The notes below the pieces were generated by a model that did no database searches, was not told the origin of the DNA, and saw only the letters and a program-made list of their open reading frames with translations. A stretch of 64,000 bases of DNA, taken from NCBI GenBank assembly GCA_005776725.1, contig SXOO01000119.1, forward strand, positions 4,687 to 68,686. Reading direction: 5' to 3'. A program made the position numbers and the translations under genes. Below, piece after piece: positions 27,075-35,114 of the stretch. This DNA comes from Pseudomonadota bacterium (GTDB lineage: Bacteria > Myxococcota_A > UBA9042 > GCA-2863065). Within the stretch, counting starts at the first letter, position 1, and each line of letters opens with the position of its first letter.

Positions 27075-28199
27075 GTGAGGATCGGCGTGTCGTGCCTCGC
27101 CGCGCCGGGTGGCAGTGGCGCAGTCGCGACCGCGGTGGCCCGGGGCCTCGCGCTACGGGGCCACGAGGTGCGGCTGGTCGCTTCGGAGCAGCCGTTCCGC
27201 TGGGCGCCCACGCCGGGGCTCAGCTTCCACCGCGTGGAGATCCCTCCCGCGCCGGCGTTGCCCAACCCGCCGTGGGAGTACTCCTTGGCAGCGGCGTTGT
27301 TCGATGTGTCACAAGTCGTGGATGTTATTCACGTCCACTACGCGGTCCCCCACCTCGCCGCGGCGTTGCTCGCGGCCGAGTCGCGCTGTCCCGTGGTGGC
27401 CACGCTCCACGGGACCGACGTGACCCGCGTCGGCTCGCACCCCGCCGTCTTACCGTTCACCCGCTCACTGCTCACCCGGTGCGCCGCGCTCAGCACACCC
27501 TCCGCGCACCTGGCCAAGGTCGCGCAGCGCCTGTTCGCGCTGCCCGAGACGCCACGCGCCCTCCCGAACTTCATCGACCCGGAGGCGCTGCGACCTCCGG
27601 CTACACCTCAGCGCGCCGTCTTCGATCCGCTGTTCTCCAGCGCGCTGAGCGGGCTGGCTACTCTGGTGCATGTCTCCAACTGCCGGCCGGTGAAGCGCGT
27701 GACCGACGCCATCCGCGTCGTGGGCGCTCTCCCGGAGGCGCGGCTCGTGGTGATCGGCGAGGGCCCTGACCGCGCCGCAGCGGAGCGAGAGGCCGAGGCC
27801 CTGGGCGCCAGCGACCGGGTGGCCTGGGTCGGCGCCGAGTGGCTCCCTCGCTTCGGCCACGCGGACGCCTATCTGAACCCCAGCGAAGAGGAGAGCTTCG
27901 GGCTGGCCGCGCTGGAGGCGATGGCAGTGGGGCTCCCCGTGGTGGGCACCCGAGTCCCGGGGTTCGATGAGGTGGTGCTGCACGGGGTGACTGGGTCGCT
28001 CCACCCGGTGGGCGACGCCGCGGGTATGGCTGCGGGGGTGCGCGAGGTGCTCGGTCGCCCCGAGCTGCGTGCCGCCGCGCGGCACCGCGCCGTGAGCGGG
28101 TTCTCCGCGGACGCGGTCCTCCCCGAGGTCGAGGCCTGGCTGGCCTCCGCGGTGGCCTCCTGGATCCCGGAGGGCAAGGAAGCTCGCAGGCGTTCGTAG
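27075..28199 (+). CDS. bshA: N-acetyl-alpha-D-glucosaminyl L-malate synthase BshA (GT4)
   Basis: The GTG at 27075 has GGAGG upstream. The motifs IGVSCLAAPGGSGAVAT, IHVHYAVPH, TLHGTDVT, HVSNCRPVKRV and EESFGLAALEAMAVGLPVVGT parallel B. subtilis BshA. Confidence 0.88.
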   Translation: MRIGVSCLAAPGGSGAVATAVARGLALRGHEVRLVASEQPFRWAPTPGLSFHRVEIPPAPALPNPPWEYSLAAALFDVSQVVDVIHVHYAVPHLAAALLAAESRCPVVATLHGTDVTRVGSHPAVLPFTRSLLTRCAALSTPSAHLAKVAQRLFALPETPRALPNFIDPEALRPPATPQRAVFDPLFSSALSGLATLVHVSNCRPVKRVTDAIRVVGALPEARLVVIGEGPDRAAAEREAEALGASDRVAWVGAEWLPRFGHADAYLNPSEEESFGLAALEAMAVGLPVVGTRVPGFDEVVLHGVTGSLHPVGDAAGMAAGVREVLGRPELRAAARHRAVSGFSADAVLPEVEAWLASAVASWIPEGKEARRRS

Positions 28200-28234
28200 C
28201 GCCGGCGTCTGGTCGAGCGTTGCGGCCCGCGAGC

Positions 28235-28693
28235 TCAGTCCTCGGCGAGGCGCCGCTTGTGCTCCACGAGGGCGCGTACGAGCTCCGGGTCTGACAGGGC
28301 GAGCACCTGGACCGCGAACAGCGCCGCGTTGATGGCCCCGTGTTTTCCAACGGCGAACGTGGCCACCGGCACACCGCGTGGCATCTGGACCATCGACAGC
28401 AGCGCATCCAGGCCATCGGCGATGCCCCCCGGGAGGGGCACGGCGAGCACCGGCAGCGTCACCTGGCTCGCGACGACGCCCGCGATGTGCGCGGCCATCC
28501 CCGCGGCGGCGATCACGACCTGCCCGCCGTCGGCCACGAACGTGTCCAGCGCTGCGTGGAGCTTCGCGGGCTGGCGATGCGCCGAGGCGCTCAGCTTCTG
28601 GCTGGAGACGCCGAAGCTCGCCAGGGTCTCCACAGCGTGGTCCATGACCACGAAGTCATTCGGGCTACCAGTGACCACAAGAACCTTCGGCAT
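28235..28693 (-). CDS. purE: N5-carboxyaminoimidazole ribonucleotide mutase
   Basis: 152 aa. It reads MPKVLVVTGSPNDFVVMDHAVETL..FGV......SAHR.P......AAGMAAHIAGVVAS.T.LPV..VP...LDG.DALLS.VQMP.GVPVATFA.G, the canonical PurE pattern. Confidence 0.93.
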   Translation of the reverse strand: MPKVLVVTGSPNDFVVMDHAVETLASFGVSSQKLSASAHRQPAKLHAALDTFVADGGQVVIAAAGMAAHIAGVVASQVTLPVLAVPLPGGIADGLDALLSMVQMPRGVPVATFAVGKHGAINAALFAVQVLALSDPELVRALVEHKRRLAED

Positions 28694-28728
28694 GCCTAAC
28701 CTCCGGCGGCAGTCTGTCTGACTCCGGG

Positions 28729-29727
28729 GTGCGTTGTCGACGCCCGCCGCGTACCCTGTGGCTCGTGCGCCTCCTGCTCGTCCTCGTCACGTTCGTCGCT
28801 TGCCAACGTTCCACCCCTGCGGCCGCCCCGGCTCCCCCCGCGCCGTCCTCGGCCGAGGCGCTCGCGGCGCCCGCTCCCGAGATCCGGCCGAGCGGCGTCC
28901 CCGAGGCGCCCACGGAGCCCGACCGGCTGGCGCTGGTAGTCACGGTCGAGGACCTCACCCTCTCGGCGGAGCGCCCGGTCGCGTTGGGGGAGGAGACCCT
29001 ACGGGCCCTCGTTGCAGAGGCTGCCGAAGCCGCCGGCTTCGTGGTGATTGGCGCTACGCCGAGCGCCGCGCCGCCAGACACTGCAGCCAAGAAACCCTCC
29101 AAGGCCACAGTGGAGCTGCACTACGCGCTCACCACGGACGGGAAGGTCGACCCGAGGGCCGAGCGCGGGCTGCTCACCTGGGGCGTGATGACGGGGGTGC
29201 GCGTCGTGGGTCCGGACGGCCTGGCCGAGGTGCTCGAGGGCGCGTCCATCGGAGAGGCGCCTTTTGTGAGAGAGGCGCTGCCTGACCTTGGCGCGGCCTT
29301 TAGGGAGGTGCTGCAGACCGGCGCACGCAGCGCCTTCCTCGATGTGGCGATGCAGCTCCGCTACGCGTCGGCGCCGGTGTCGGACGTCCTCAGTGGCCTC
29401 CGGGCCATGCAGCGGGAGGAGCGCTGGGCGGCGACGCGCCGCGCCGCCGCGCTCGGGGACGCGCAGCTCACGAAGCGCCTCGTCGCCAACCTCGAAGGTG
29501 CGGAGGGCCTCGAGATCGGGCTCATCGCTGTGGCGCTGGCGCGCCTGGGTGTAGCGCCACCAGTGGAACAGCTGGCCGAGCGGATCGACGGGCTCCCCGA
29601 GAGCGTCGCCCTCCTGGTCGTGGATGCGCTGGCGGGGCTGGGCACGCCCGGGGCCAAAGCCGCGCTGGCGCGGATCGCCAAGTCACACGCCGAGGCGCGT
29701 GTACGGGCCGCAGCCCGGGGCGAGTAG
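28729..29727 (+). CDS. lipoprotein with C-terminal HEAT-like repeats
   Basis: GTG start. It reads RTLWLVRLLLVLVTFVACQRS (lipobox) and has a C-terminal LGDAQLTKRLV...ALARLG...VDALAGLGTPGAKAALARIAKSH stretch that is HEAT/PBS-lyase-like. Confidence 0.7.
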   Translation: MRCRRPPRTLWLVRLLLVLVTFVACQRSTPAAAPAPPAPSSAEALAAPAPEIRPSGVPEAPTEPDRLALVVTVEDLTLSAERPVALGEETLRALVAEAAEAAGFVVIGATPSAAPPDTAAKKPSKATVELHYALTTDGKVDPRAERGLLTWGVMTGVRVVGPDGLAEVLEGASIGEAPFVREALPDLGAAFREVLQTGARSAFLDVAMQLRYASAPVSDVLSGLRAMQREERWAATRRAAALGDAQLTKRLVANLEGAEGLEIGLIAVALARLGVAPPVEQLAERIDGLPESVALLVVDALAGLGTPGAKAALARIAKSHAEARVRAAARGE

Positions 29728-29728
29728 C

Positions 29729-30392
29729 TCAGGGGCCGACGGGGATGGTGCCGCAGGGCAGGGTGCTGCAGGAGGTCCCGGCGCCCAGGTAGTGGCCGCC
29801 GATGCTCGCGCACTCCGTGAACGGGTTCCCGTAGCCGAAGTCTGTCTTCGACAGCGAGTCACAGCTGCAGTCCGGAAGGCAACACGCGCCCAGCTGATCC
29901 ACCCGGCACTTCGCTGATGGACAGGTCTCGCCTGCGAGCCAGCTGCCGCCCCCGCCGAGGCAGTCCCCCCGGCTGATCGCGTTGCAGGAGCTGCCTGCGT
30001 GGCAGCACACGCCATCCTCGTCCACGGCCGGAGCGCAAAGTCCTTCGACGCGCTGGATGTCCGCGGGGGGGGGGCTCAGCCGGCTCCTCGGAGGGTTTCA
30101 GGGGGCCGCCGGGACGCGCCCCGGGGGACTCGTCCTCGTCGTCGATGCCTTCATGCAGCTTCACCCACGGGTGAACCGCGAGCGGTCCGTTCGGTCCCTC
30201 GCTCACCTCCTGGGCCGCATCGCCCACAGACGCGTCCGCCATCGGACCCGCACCCAAGGAGGGAGGCTCGCACGATGCGCTCAAAATGAGAAATATGAGG
30301 CAGGCCGCATTTACTGTTACGAACACTTTCCACGCCCCTCTGAGTGCTGCCGCCCGCGAACTGCGCCTGCTTCGATGCACAGCTAAGCACAC
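29729..30392 (-). pseudogene. Cys-rich secreted lipoprotein interrupted by a +1 frame change at a 10-nt homopolymer
   Basis: Track ORFs 29859..30392 and 29729..30025 lie in different frames and overlap. Upstream of the tract, frame A reads VFVTVNAACLIFLILSASCEPP...KPSEEPAEPPP and then turns into R-rich junk. Frame B is open from 30097 and reads ADIQRVEGLCAPAVDEDGVCCHAGSSCNAISRGDCLGG...GACCLPDCSCDS...TSCSTLPCG. Removing one C from the coding-strand C10 joins the two frames into a protein of about 198 aa. Confidence 0.7.
30065..30074 (-). repeat. G10 (plus strand) / C10 (coding strand) homopolymer at the frame junction
   Basis: Read directly from the sequence: ccgcGGGGGGGGGGctcagc. Confidence 0.95.
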
Positions 30393-30401
30393 GTCGTGCC
30401 A
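30385..30401 (-). promoter_or_regulatory. sigma-54-like -24/-12 promoter element
   Basis: The minus strand reads TGGCACGACGTGTGCTT, against the consensus TGGCACG-N4-TTGCW. The GG/GC spacing is correct and there is one mismatch (G for the first T of TTGC). The predicted TSS is near 30375. A GAGGGG Shine-Dalgarno sequence then lies 8 nt before the GTG at 30326. Confidence 0.4.
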
Positions 30402-30483
30402 CGCTCCGCTCTAGTGCGATCGTGACACTGAGTCTCATCCGTCGCCGAGCGTGACCCACATCGCACGTCTCGTTGTTCTCTAA

Positions 30484-32718
30484 ATGAGACGGCCGCAAAC
30501 TCTGGACACTCCGCCAGGTGGCCGTTACGACCCACACCTCATGCGCGCTGCAACTCATGTTCTCCGGAGCAACGACCATCCTGGCGGCGAGCGCCCCCAA
30601 GCTGCGGGGCTCCCGCGAGAGCATGTTGCCCTCGGCGGCCGCCCAAGGTCCTGCGGTGCGGGTCTCCGGGTGCTCGCGCTCGGGCAGATCGCGCTGCTCT
30701 TCTTGGGATGTGTGGACGTCAACGTCCCTCTCGGGCCGGTCTGGGACGGTTCCGTCTTAGCGGGTCCCGTCCAGCCCCCGGACTGGGCACGTGTCGCGCG
30801 AGTGGGCGGTCTCAACGTGCACACCGGCCAGGGCGACCTCGAGCTGAGCTACCACCTGAACCAGCTAGTAGCGCAGCACGTCACGGTGGTGGAGGTGGAC
30901 TCGCGCCTCAGCAGCTATCTCTCCGATAACGACTTCCAGGCCGAGCTCCAGCTCATGGGCCGGGTGGCGGACCTCGCCCGGGAGCGGAACCTCAAGGTGG
31001 TGTGGTACGGCACCAGCCTCGAGGTGGTCAGCGAGGGGGGCGCCACCGGGCCGTCGATGGCCAAGGACCACCCCGAGTGGCTGCAGCTCAGCTGGGACGG
31101 TAAGGTCAACGCCTTCGTGGGCGACCGGGTGTTCTGGGTGGACCCGGGCGACGAGAGCGCGTGGTTGAGCCCCCGTTCGGGATATCGCGAGTACTTCTTC
31201 GGGCGCCTCGAGCGGCTCGCCACCTCGGGCATCGATGGGTTCTGGCTGGACGTGCCGCTCTTCAACGACATCGTGGGGCGTTGGGCGTCGTTCCACCCCG
31301 CCGACGTCGCGGCGTTCGAGGCTCACACCGGCCTACAGATGCCCAACGTGGCGGCCCCCGGTGTTCTGGACCCGGCGGACCCCGCGGCGCGCGCCTGGAT
31401 CGCGTGGCGGCACGAGGAGCTGGCCGCGTTCCTCTCCGAGGCGTACCAGCGGGCCCGCGCCGCCAATCCCGAGTTCACGCTCTGGGTCGAGACGGTGACC
31501 GTGGACCACAACGCCGCAATCCTCGAGGGCCTGGACGGGGCCTTCCTGCCTTCGCTCGACGGTCTGCATCACGTCTGGGAGGTGGACGTCCTGTCGGACG
31601 CCTCGGCGATGAGGCGCGGGCAGCCGGAGGACTTCGCGAGCCTCGCCACCATGTATCGCTTCGGCGCCGGGGTCGACGAGGGCCGCCCCGGGTGGGCCTT
31701 CGTCTATGGCGATACGCCCGACGACGCCGAGGTGGTCATGGGGCTCTGCGTGTCAGCCGGCCTCAACCCCTACGAGCTCCGCGTGCCGGAGATGACCACC
31801 ACTGTGGGCGAGGCCTACAGGGCGCGCGTGTTCGGCTGGATCGCGTCCAACGAAGACCGCCTCTTCCGGTCCACCTCGGCGGCGCGTGTGGTCCTCCTGC
31901 ACTCGTCGGTCTCGAGGGACGTCGTGGACGGGTGCGTGCTCGACGGGACCTGCGGCGTATCGCTGTACGCCACCACGAACAACCCCGACCCAGGCAGCCC
32001 CTGGTGGACCGAACACGACGGGGATGGGCTTCGGGCGTCGCAGTACATGGCGGAGTATCGCGGCGCGGCGAAGGCGCTGCTCGAGGCGCATGTCCCGTTC
32101 GACGTCCGGCCTGCGCGGAGCTGGAAGCCGGCGCCCCACGTCGAGGTGGTGGTCGCGCCGTCGCTGGAGGCCGTCTCCGACGCCGAGGTCGAGGCGCTCA
32201 GGGCGTTCGCCAAGGGCGGCGGGCACGTGGTGTTCACCGGGGCGGCGCCGGGTGTAGCTACGGAGAGCGGCGCGCTCCGTCCCGCCGGAGCCTTTGCCGA
32301 GCTGTTCGGGGCACCCCAGTGCGTGCCAGTCCCGGTGGGCGACGGGAGCCTCCGCTATTGCGCTGGCGACGTAGGCCGCGCGTTCCTGGTCACCGGGGAT
32401 GGTGCGGCTCGCGGGAAGCTGGCCGACGCCGCGGCGCTCGCAACGCCCGTTTTCACGACCACGGCCCCGCCGGGCGTGATCGCTTCCGCTCGCCGGCTCG
32501 GCGATGAGCTCATCCTCCAGTTCGTCAGCTTCGAGGGCGCTGACGGCAGCTTCGAGCCTGTCGCCTCCACCTTCGAGGTCCGTGTGCCCGGCCAGTACGC
32601 CTCGGCCTTGCAGAGCTCCGCGCGCGACGGCGAGCGGCCGCTGGCGGTTCGTACGGAGGGAACGGACACGGTCTTCGAGCTGACGGTCTCGATTCACGAG
32701 CTGGTGGTGTTGAAGTGA
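30484..32718 (+). CDS. putative glycoside hydrolase lipoprotein (TIM-barrel plus GATase1-like middle domain, GH42-like architecture)
   Basis: The lipobox is RVLALGQIALLFLGC; the true start is uncertain (ATG 30484, ATG 30541 or GTG 30670). Motifs are HPEWLQLSWDG, GIDGFWLDVPLFND, then VVLLHSS...LLEAHVPFDV...VVVAPSLEAVSDAEVEALRAFAKGGGHVVFTG. The family call is tentative. Confidence 0.5.
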   Translation: MRRPQTLDTPPGGRYDPHLMRAATHVLRSNDHPGGERPQAAGLPREHVALGGRPRSCGAGLRVLALGQIALLFLGCVDVNVPLGPVWDGSVLAGPVQPPDWARVARVGGLNVHTGQGDLELSYHLNQLVAQHVTVVEVDSRLSSYLSDNDFQAELQLMGRVADLARERNLKVVWYGTSLEVVSEGGATGPSMAKDHPEWLQLSWDGKVNAFVGDRVFWVDPGDESAWLSPRSGYREYFFGRLERLATSGIDGFWLDVPLFNDIVGRWASFHPADVAAFEAHTGLQMPNVAAPGVLDPADPAARAWIAWRHEELAAFLSEAYQRARAANPEFTLWVETVTVDHNAAILEGLDGAFLPSLDGLHHVWEVDVLSDASAMRRGQPEDFASLATMYRFGAGVDEGRPGWAFVYGDTPDDAEVVMGLCVSAGLNPYELRVPEMTTTVGEAYRARVFGWIASNEDRLFRSTSAARVVLLHSSVSRDVVDGCVLDGTCGVSLYATTNNPDPGSPWWTEHDGDGLRASQYMAEYRGAAKALLEAHVPFDVRPARSWKPAPHVEVVVAPSLEAVSDAEVEALRAFAKGGGHVVFTGAAPGVATESGALRPAGAFAELFGAPQCVPVPVGDGSLRYCAGDVGRAFLVTGDGAARGKLADAAALATPVFTTTAPPGVIASARRLGDELILQFVSFEGADGSFEPVASTFEVRVPGQYASALQSSARDGERPLAVRTEGTDTVFELTVSIHELVVLK

Positions 32719-35081
32719 TCCGTCGGAGCTCGGCGTCGCATCTGCACCCGCACGTGGAGCGCGCCGGGTGGGTGCGGGGCTCTCTATGGCTAGGCCTCCT
32801 CGCGGGCCAACTGGCGTGCTCCAGCGCGTCCGAGCCCAGGCCAGCGCTCACAGCTGGCGACGCGGTGGCGCCACCTGATGTTCACGCCCCGGGGAGCGAC
32901 GTGCCCGCGCCCCCTCCGGATGCCGGCCCGGACCCGGTGCTCCCCGACACCTGGCAGGCCGTAGAGGTCGGTGCCCCCGGTCTCCCGTCGGACGCCTGGC
33001 AGGGCACCTGCCGGGCCCCCGCGACGCCGCCGCGGGAGAGCCCCGTTCGTGTGCGCATGGCGTTTCCGAACCTGGCGTTGCGCCAGGCCGTGGCGCTCCT
33101 CCAGGCGCCCGGGGACTCGGCGACGTGGTACGCCGTGGAGCAAGGTGTGGAGGAGGACGCGGCGTGCCGCGTCGTGGCGTTCCACAACTCTCCCGAGGTC
33201 TCGACCACCCGCGACGTCCTGGTCGTACCGAAGGGCCTCGTCTACCCCGGTATCTACGGAGAGGGGGGCCTCCTCGGGTTCGCCTTCGCCCCGGACTGGC
33301 CGACCTCGGGGGTGGCCTACGTCTCCTACACCACGCACAGCGTCACGAGCCCCGTGGACCTTCGCAGCGTGGTCTCCCGCGTGCGTAGCCTCGACGGCGG
33401 ACAGACGCTGGACTTCGACACCGTGGAGCGGCTGCTCGAGCTGGACCAGCCCGAGGCGATTCACAATGGCGGCACGCTCGTCTTCGGCCCCGACGGCATG
33501 CTCTACGTCGCCCTCGGCGACGGCGGCGCGGATCCCGACACCGCGCAGGACCTCGGCTCCTTGCTCGGCAAGATCCTGAGGTTGGACGTGTCGGCGAGCG
33601 CGGGCGCCTACTCCATCCCGCCGGATAACCCTTTCGCGGATACGGTCGACGCCCGCGGCGAGGTCTTCGCGCTGGGGCTCCGAAGCCCGTGGAAGTTCAG
33701 CTTCGACCGCAAGCTCGGCACGCTCTGGGTTGGAGACGTGGGCGCCGAAGAGTACGAAGAAGCGAATCGCGCAGCACCGGGCGCGAACTTCGGCTGGCCG
33801 GTGCTCGAGGGCTACGCGTGTTATTCCGGCGACACGTGCGACCCCACGGGCTTCACCGAGCCCGCGGGGCTCTACCGGCACGTGAACCCAGAGACGGAGG
33901 AGCCCACCGGGAATCAGGCGATTACGGGTGGCTACGTCTATCGCGGGGCCGGGATCCCGGAGCTGGTGGGGACCTACGTCTTCGTGGACTTCCTGTCCGG
34001 CGAGGTGATGGGGATCGAGGCTGAGGGCGGGTTCGGCCAGAACGCCCACTGGCTGGCGAGCACGCACCGAATGGTGGTCTCCATGGCCGAGGCGCACACC
34101 GGCGAGCTCTATCTCCTGGACTACGCGGAGGGCGCGGTCTTCGTCTTGGAGGCGGCGCCACCGTCCGAGCCCTTCCCGCAGACGCTCTCTGCCACGGGCT
34201 GCGTCGATCCGAAGGACCCCACCCGCCCCGCCGCCGGCCTCATCCCTTATGACCTGAACGTGCCGTTCTGGTCGGACGGCGCCACCAAGCGTCGCTGGTT
34301 GGCGCTGCCCCAGAACGCCAGCATCGAGCGTCTCCCCGACGGAGACCTCGAGTTCCCGGTGGGCACGGTCTTCATGAAGGAGTTCCAGCTCGTGGGTACG
34401 CGCGTCGAGACCCGCCTGTTCGCGAGACACGAGGACGGCACGTGGGCGGGCTACAGCTACCGCTGGAACGAGGCGGGCACCGACGCGGACCTGGTCGACC
34501 GCGCCGGCGCCGCGGCGGTGGTCCTGGGGCAGCGGTGGATCTACCCGGCCCGAAATCACTGCAACTCATGCCACAACGAGGCTTCGGTCTACGTCCTCGG
34601 GCCCGAGCTTCAGCAGCTCGAGCGCCAGGTCACGTACGAGTCGACGGGCGTTACCGCGAACCAGCTCGACACCTGGATCGCGCTGGGGCTCTTCGAGGAG
34701 CCCCCCCCTCTCCGTCCCCCCGGGCTGCCCGACCCGACAGACGAGTCCCTCCCCTTGGACCAGCGCGCCCGCGCCTACCTGCACGCCAACTGCGCGTACT
34801 GTCATCGGGAGGGCGGGGTCGAGGAGGTGGTCATGGACCTGCGCTACGGCGTGCCGCTCGCGAACGCTGGGGTGTGCGACAAGCCTGCCCAGCTCGAGGA
34901 CTTCGGCTTCGCAGACATGCTTCTGCTCACGCCCGGCGACCCCGAGCGCAGCGCGCTGCTCCGCCGGATTCGATCAGAGGACCGCCTCCGGATGCCGCCG
35001 CTCTCGACCCGCCTCGTCGACGTCCCGGGGGCGTCCCTCATCGAGAGCTGGATCGCGTCCCTGACGGCCTGCGGTCCCTAG
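32715..35081 (+). CDS. PQQ-dependent sugar dehydrogenase-like beta-propeller fused to a di-CxxCH (HNE_0200-like) domain
   Basis: The GTG start overlaps the upstream stop (GTGA). The lipobox is LLAGQLACSS. GSDH motifs are GLLGFAF, HNGGTLVFGPDGMLYVALGDGG, GKILRLD, GLRSPWKFSFD, LWVGDVG and NFGWP. The C-terminal half has YDLNVPFWSDGATKRRW, CNSCH and CAYCH. Confidence 0.8.
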   Translation: MIRRSSASHLHPHVERAGWVRGSLWLGLLAGQLACSSASEPRPALTAGDAVAPPDVHAPGSDVPAPPPDAGPDPVLPDTWQAVEVGAPGLPSDAWQGTCRAPATPPRESPVRVRMAFPNLALRQAVALLQAPGDSATWYAVEQGVEEDAACRVVAFHNSPEVSTTRDVLVVPKGLVYPGIYGEGGLLGFAFAPDWPTSGVAYVSYTTHSVTSPVDLRSVVSRVRSLDGGQTLDFDTVERLLELDQPEAIHNGGTLVFGPDGMLYVALGDGGADPDTAQDLGSLLGKILRLDVSASAGAYSIPPDNPFADTVDARGEVFALGLRSPWKFSFDRKLGTLWVGDVGAEEYEEANRAAPGANFGWPVLEGYACYSGDTCDPTGFTEPAGLYRHVNPETEEPTGNQAITGGYVYRGAGIPELVGTYVFVDFLSGEVMGIEAEGGFGQNAHWLASTHRMVVSMAEAHTGELYLLDYAEGAVFVLEAAPPSEPFPQTLSATGCVDPKDPTRPAAGLIPYDLNVPFWSDGATKRRWLALPQNASIERLPDGDLEFPVGTVFMKEFQLVGTRVETRLFARHEDGTWAGYSYRWNEAGTDADLVDRAGAAAVVLGQRWIYPARNHCNSCHNEASVYVLGPELQQLERQVTYESTGVTANQLDTWIALGLFEEPPPLRPPGLPDPTDESLPLDQRARAYLHANCAYCHREGGVEEVVMDLRYGVPLANAGVCDKPAQLEDFGFADMLLLTPGDPERSALLRRIRSEDRLRMPPLSTRLVDVPGASLIESWIASLTACGP

Positions 35082-35114
35082 GGACACGGGCGGGCCGTCC
35101 CAGCGCCGGCCCGC

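Noticed and set aside
29940-29950. RGD tripeptide in the Cys-rich C-terminal module of the frameshifted lipoprotein as an integrin-binding motif
   Set aside because: A three-residue motif occurs by chance too often, and nothing in the context supports it.
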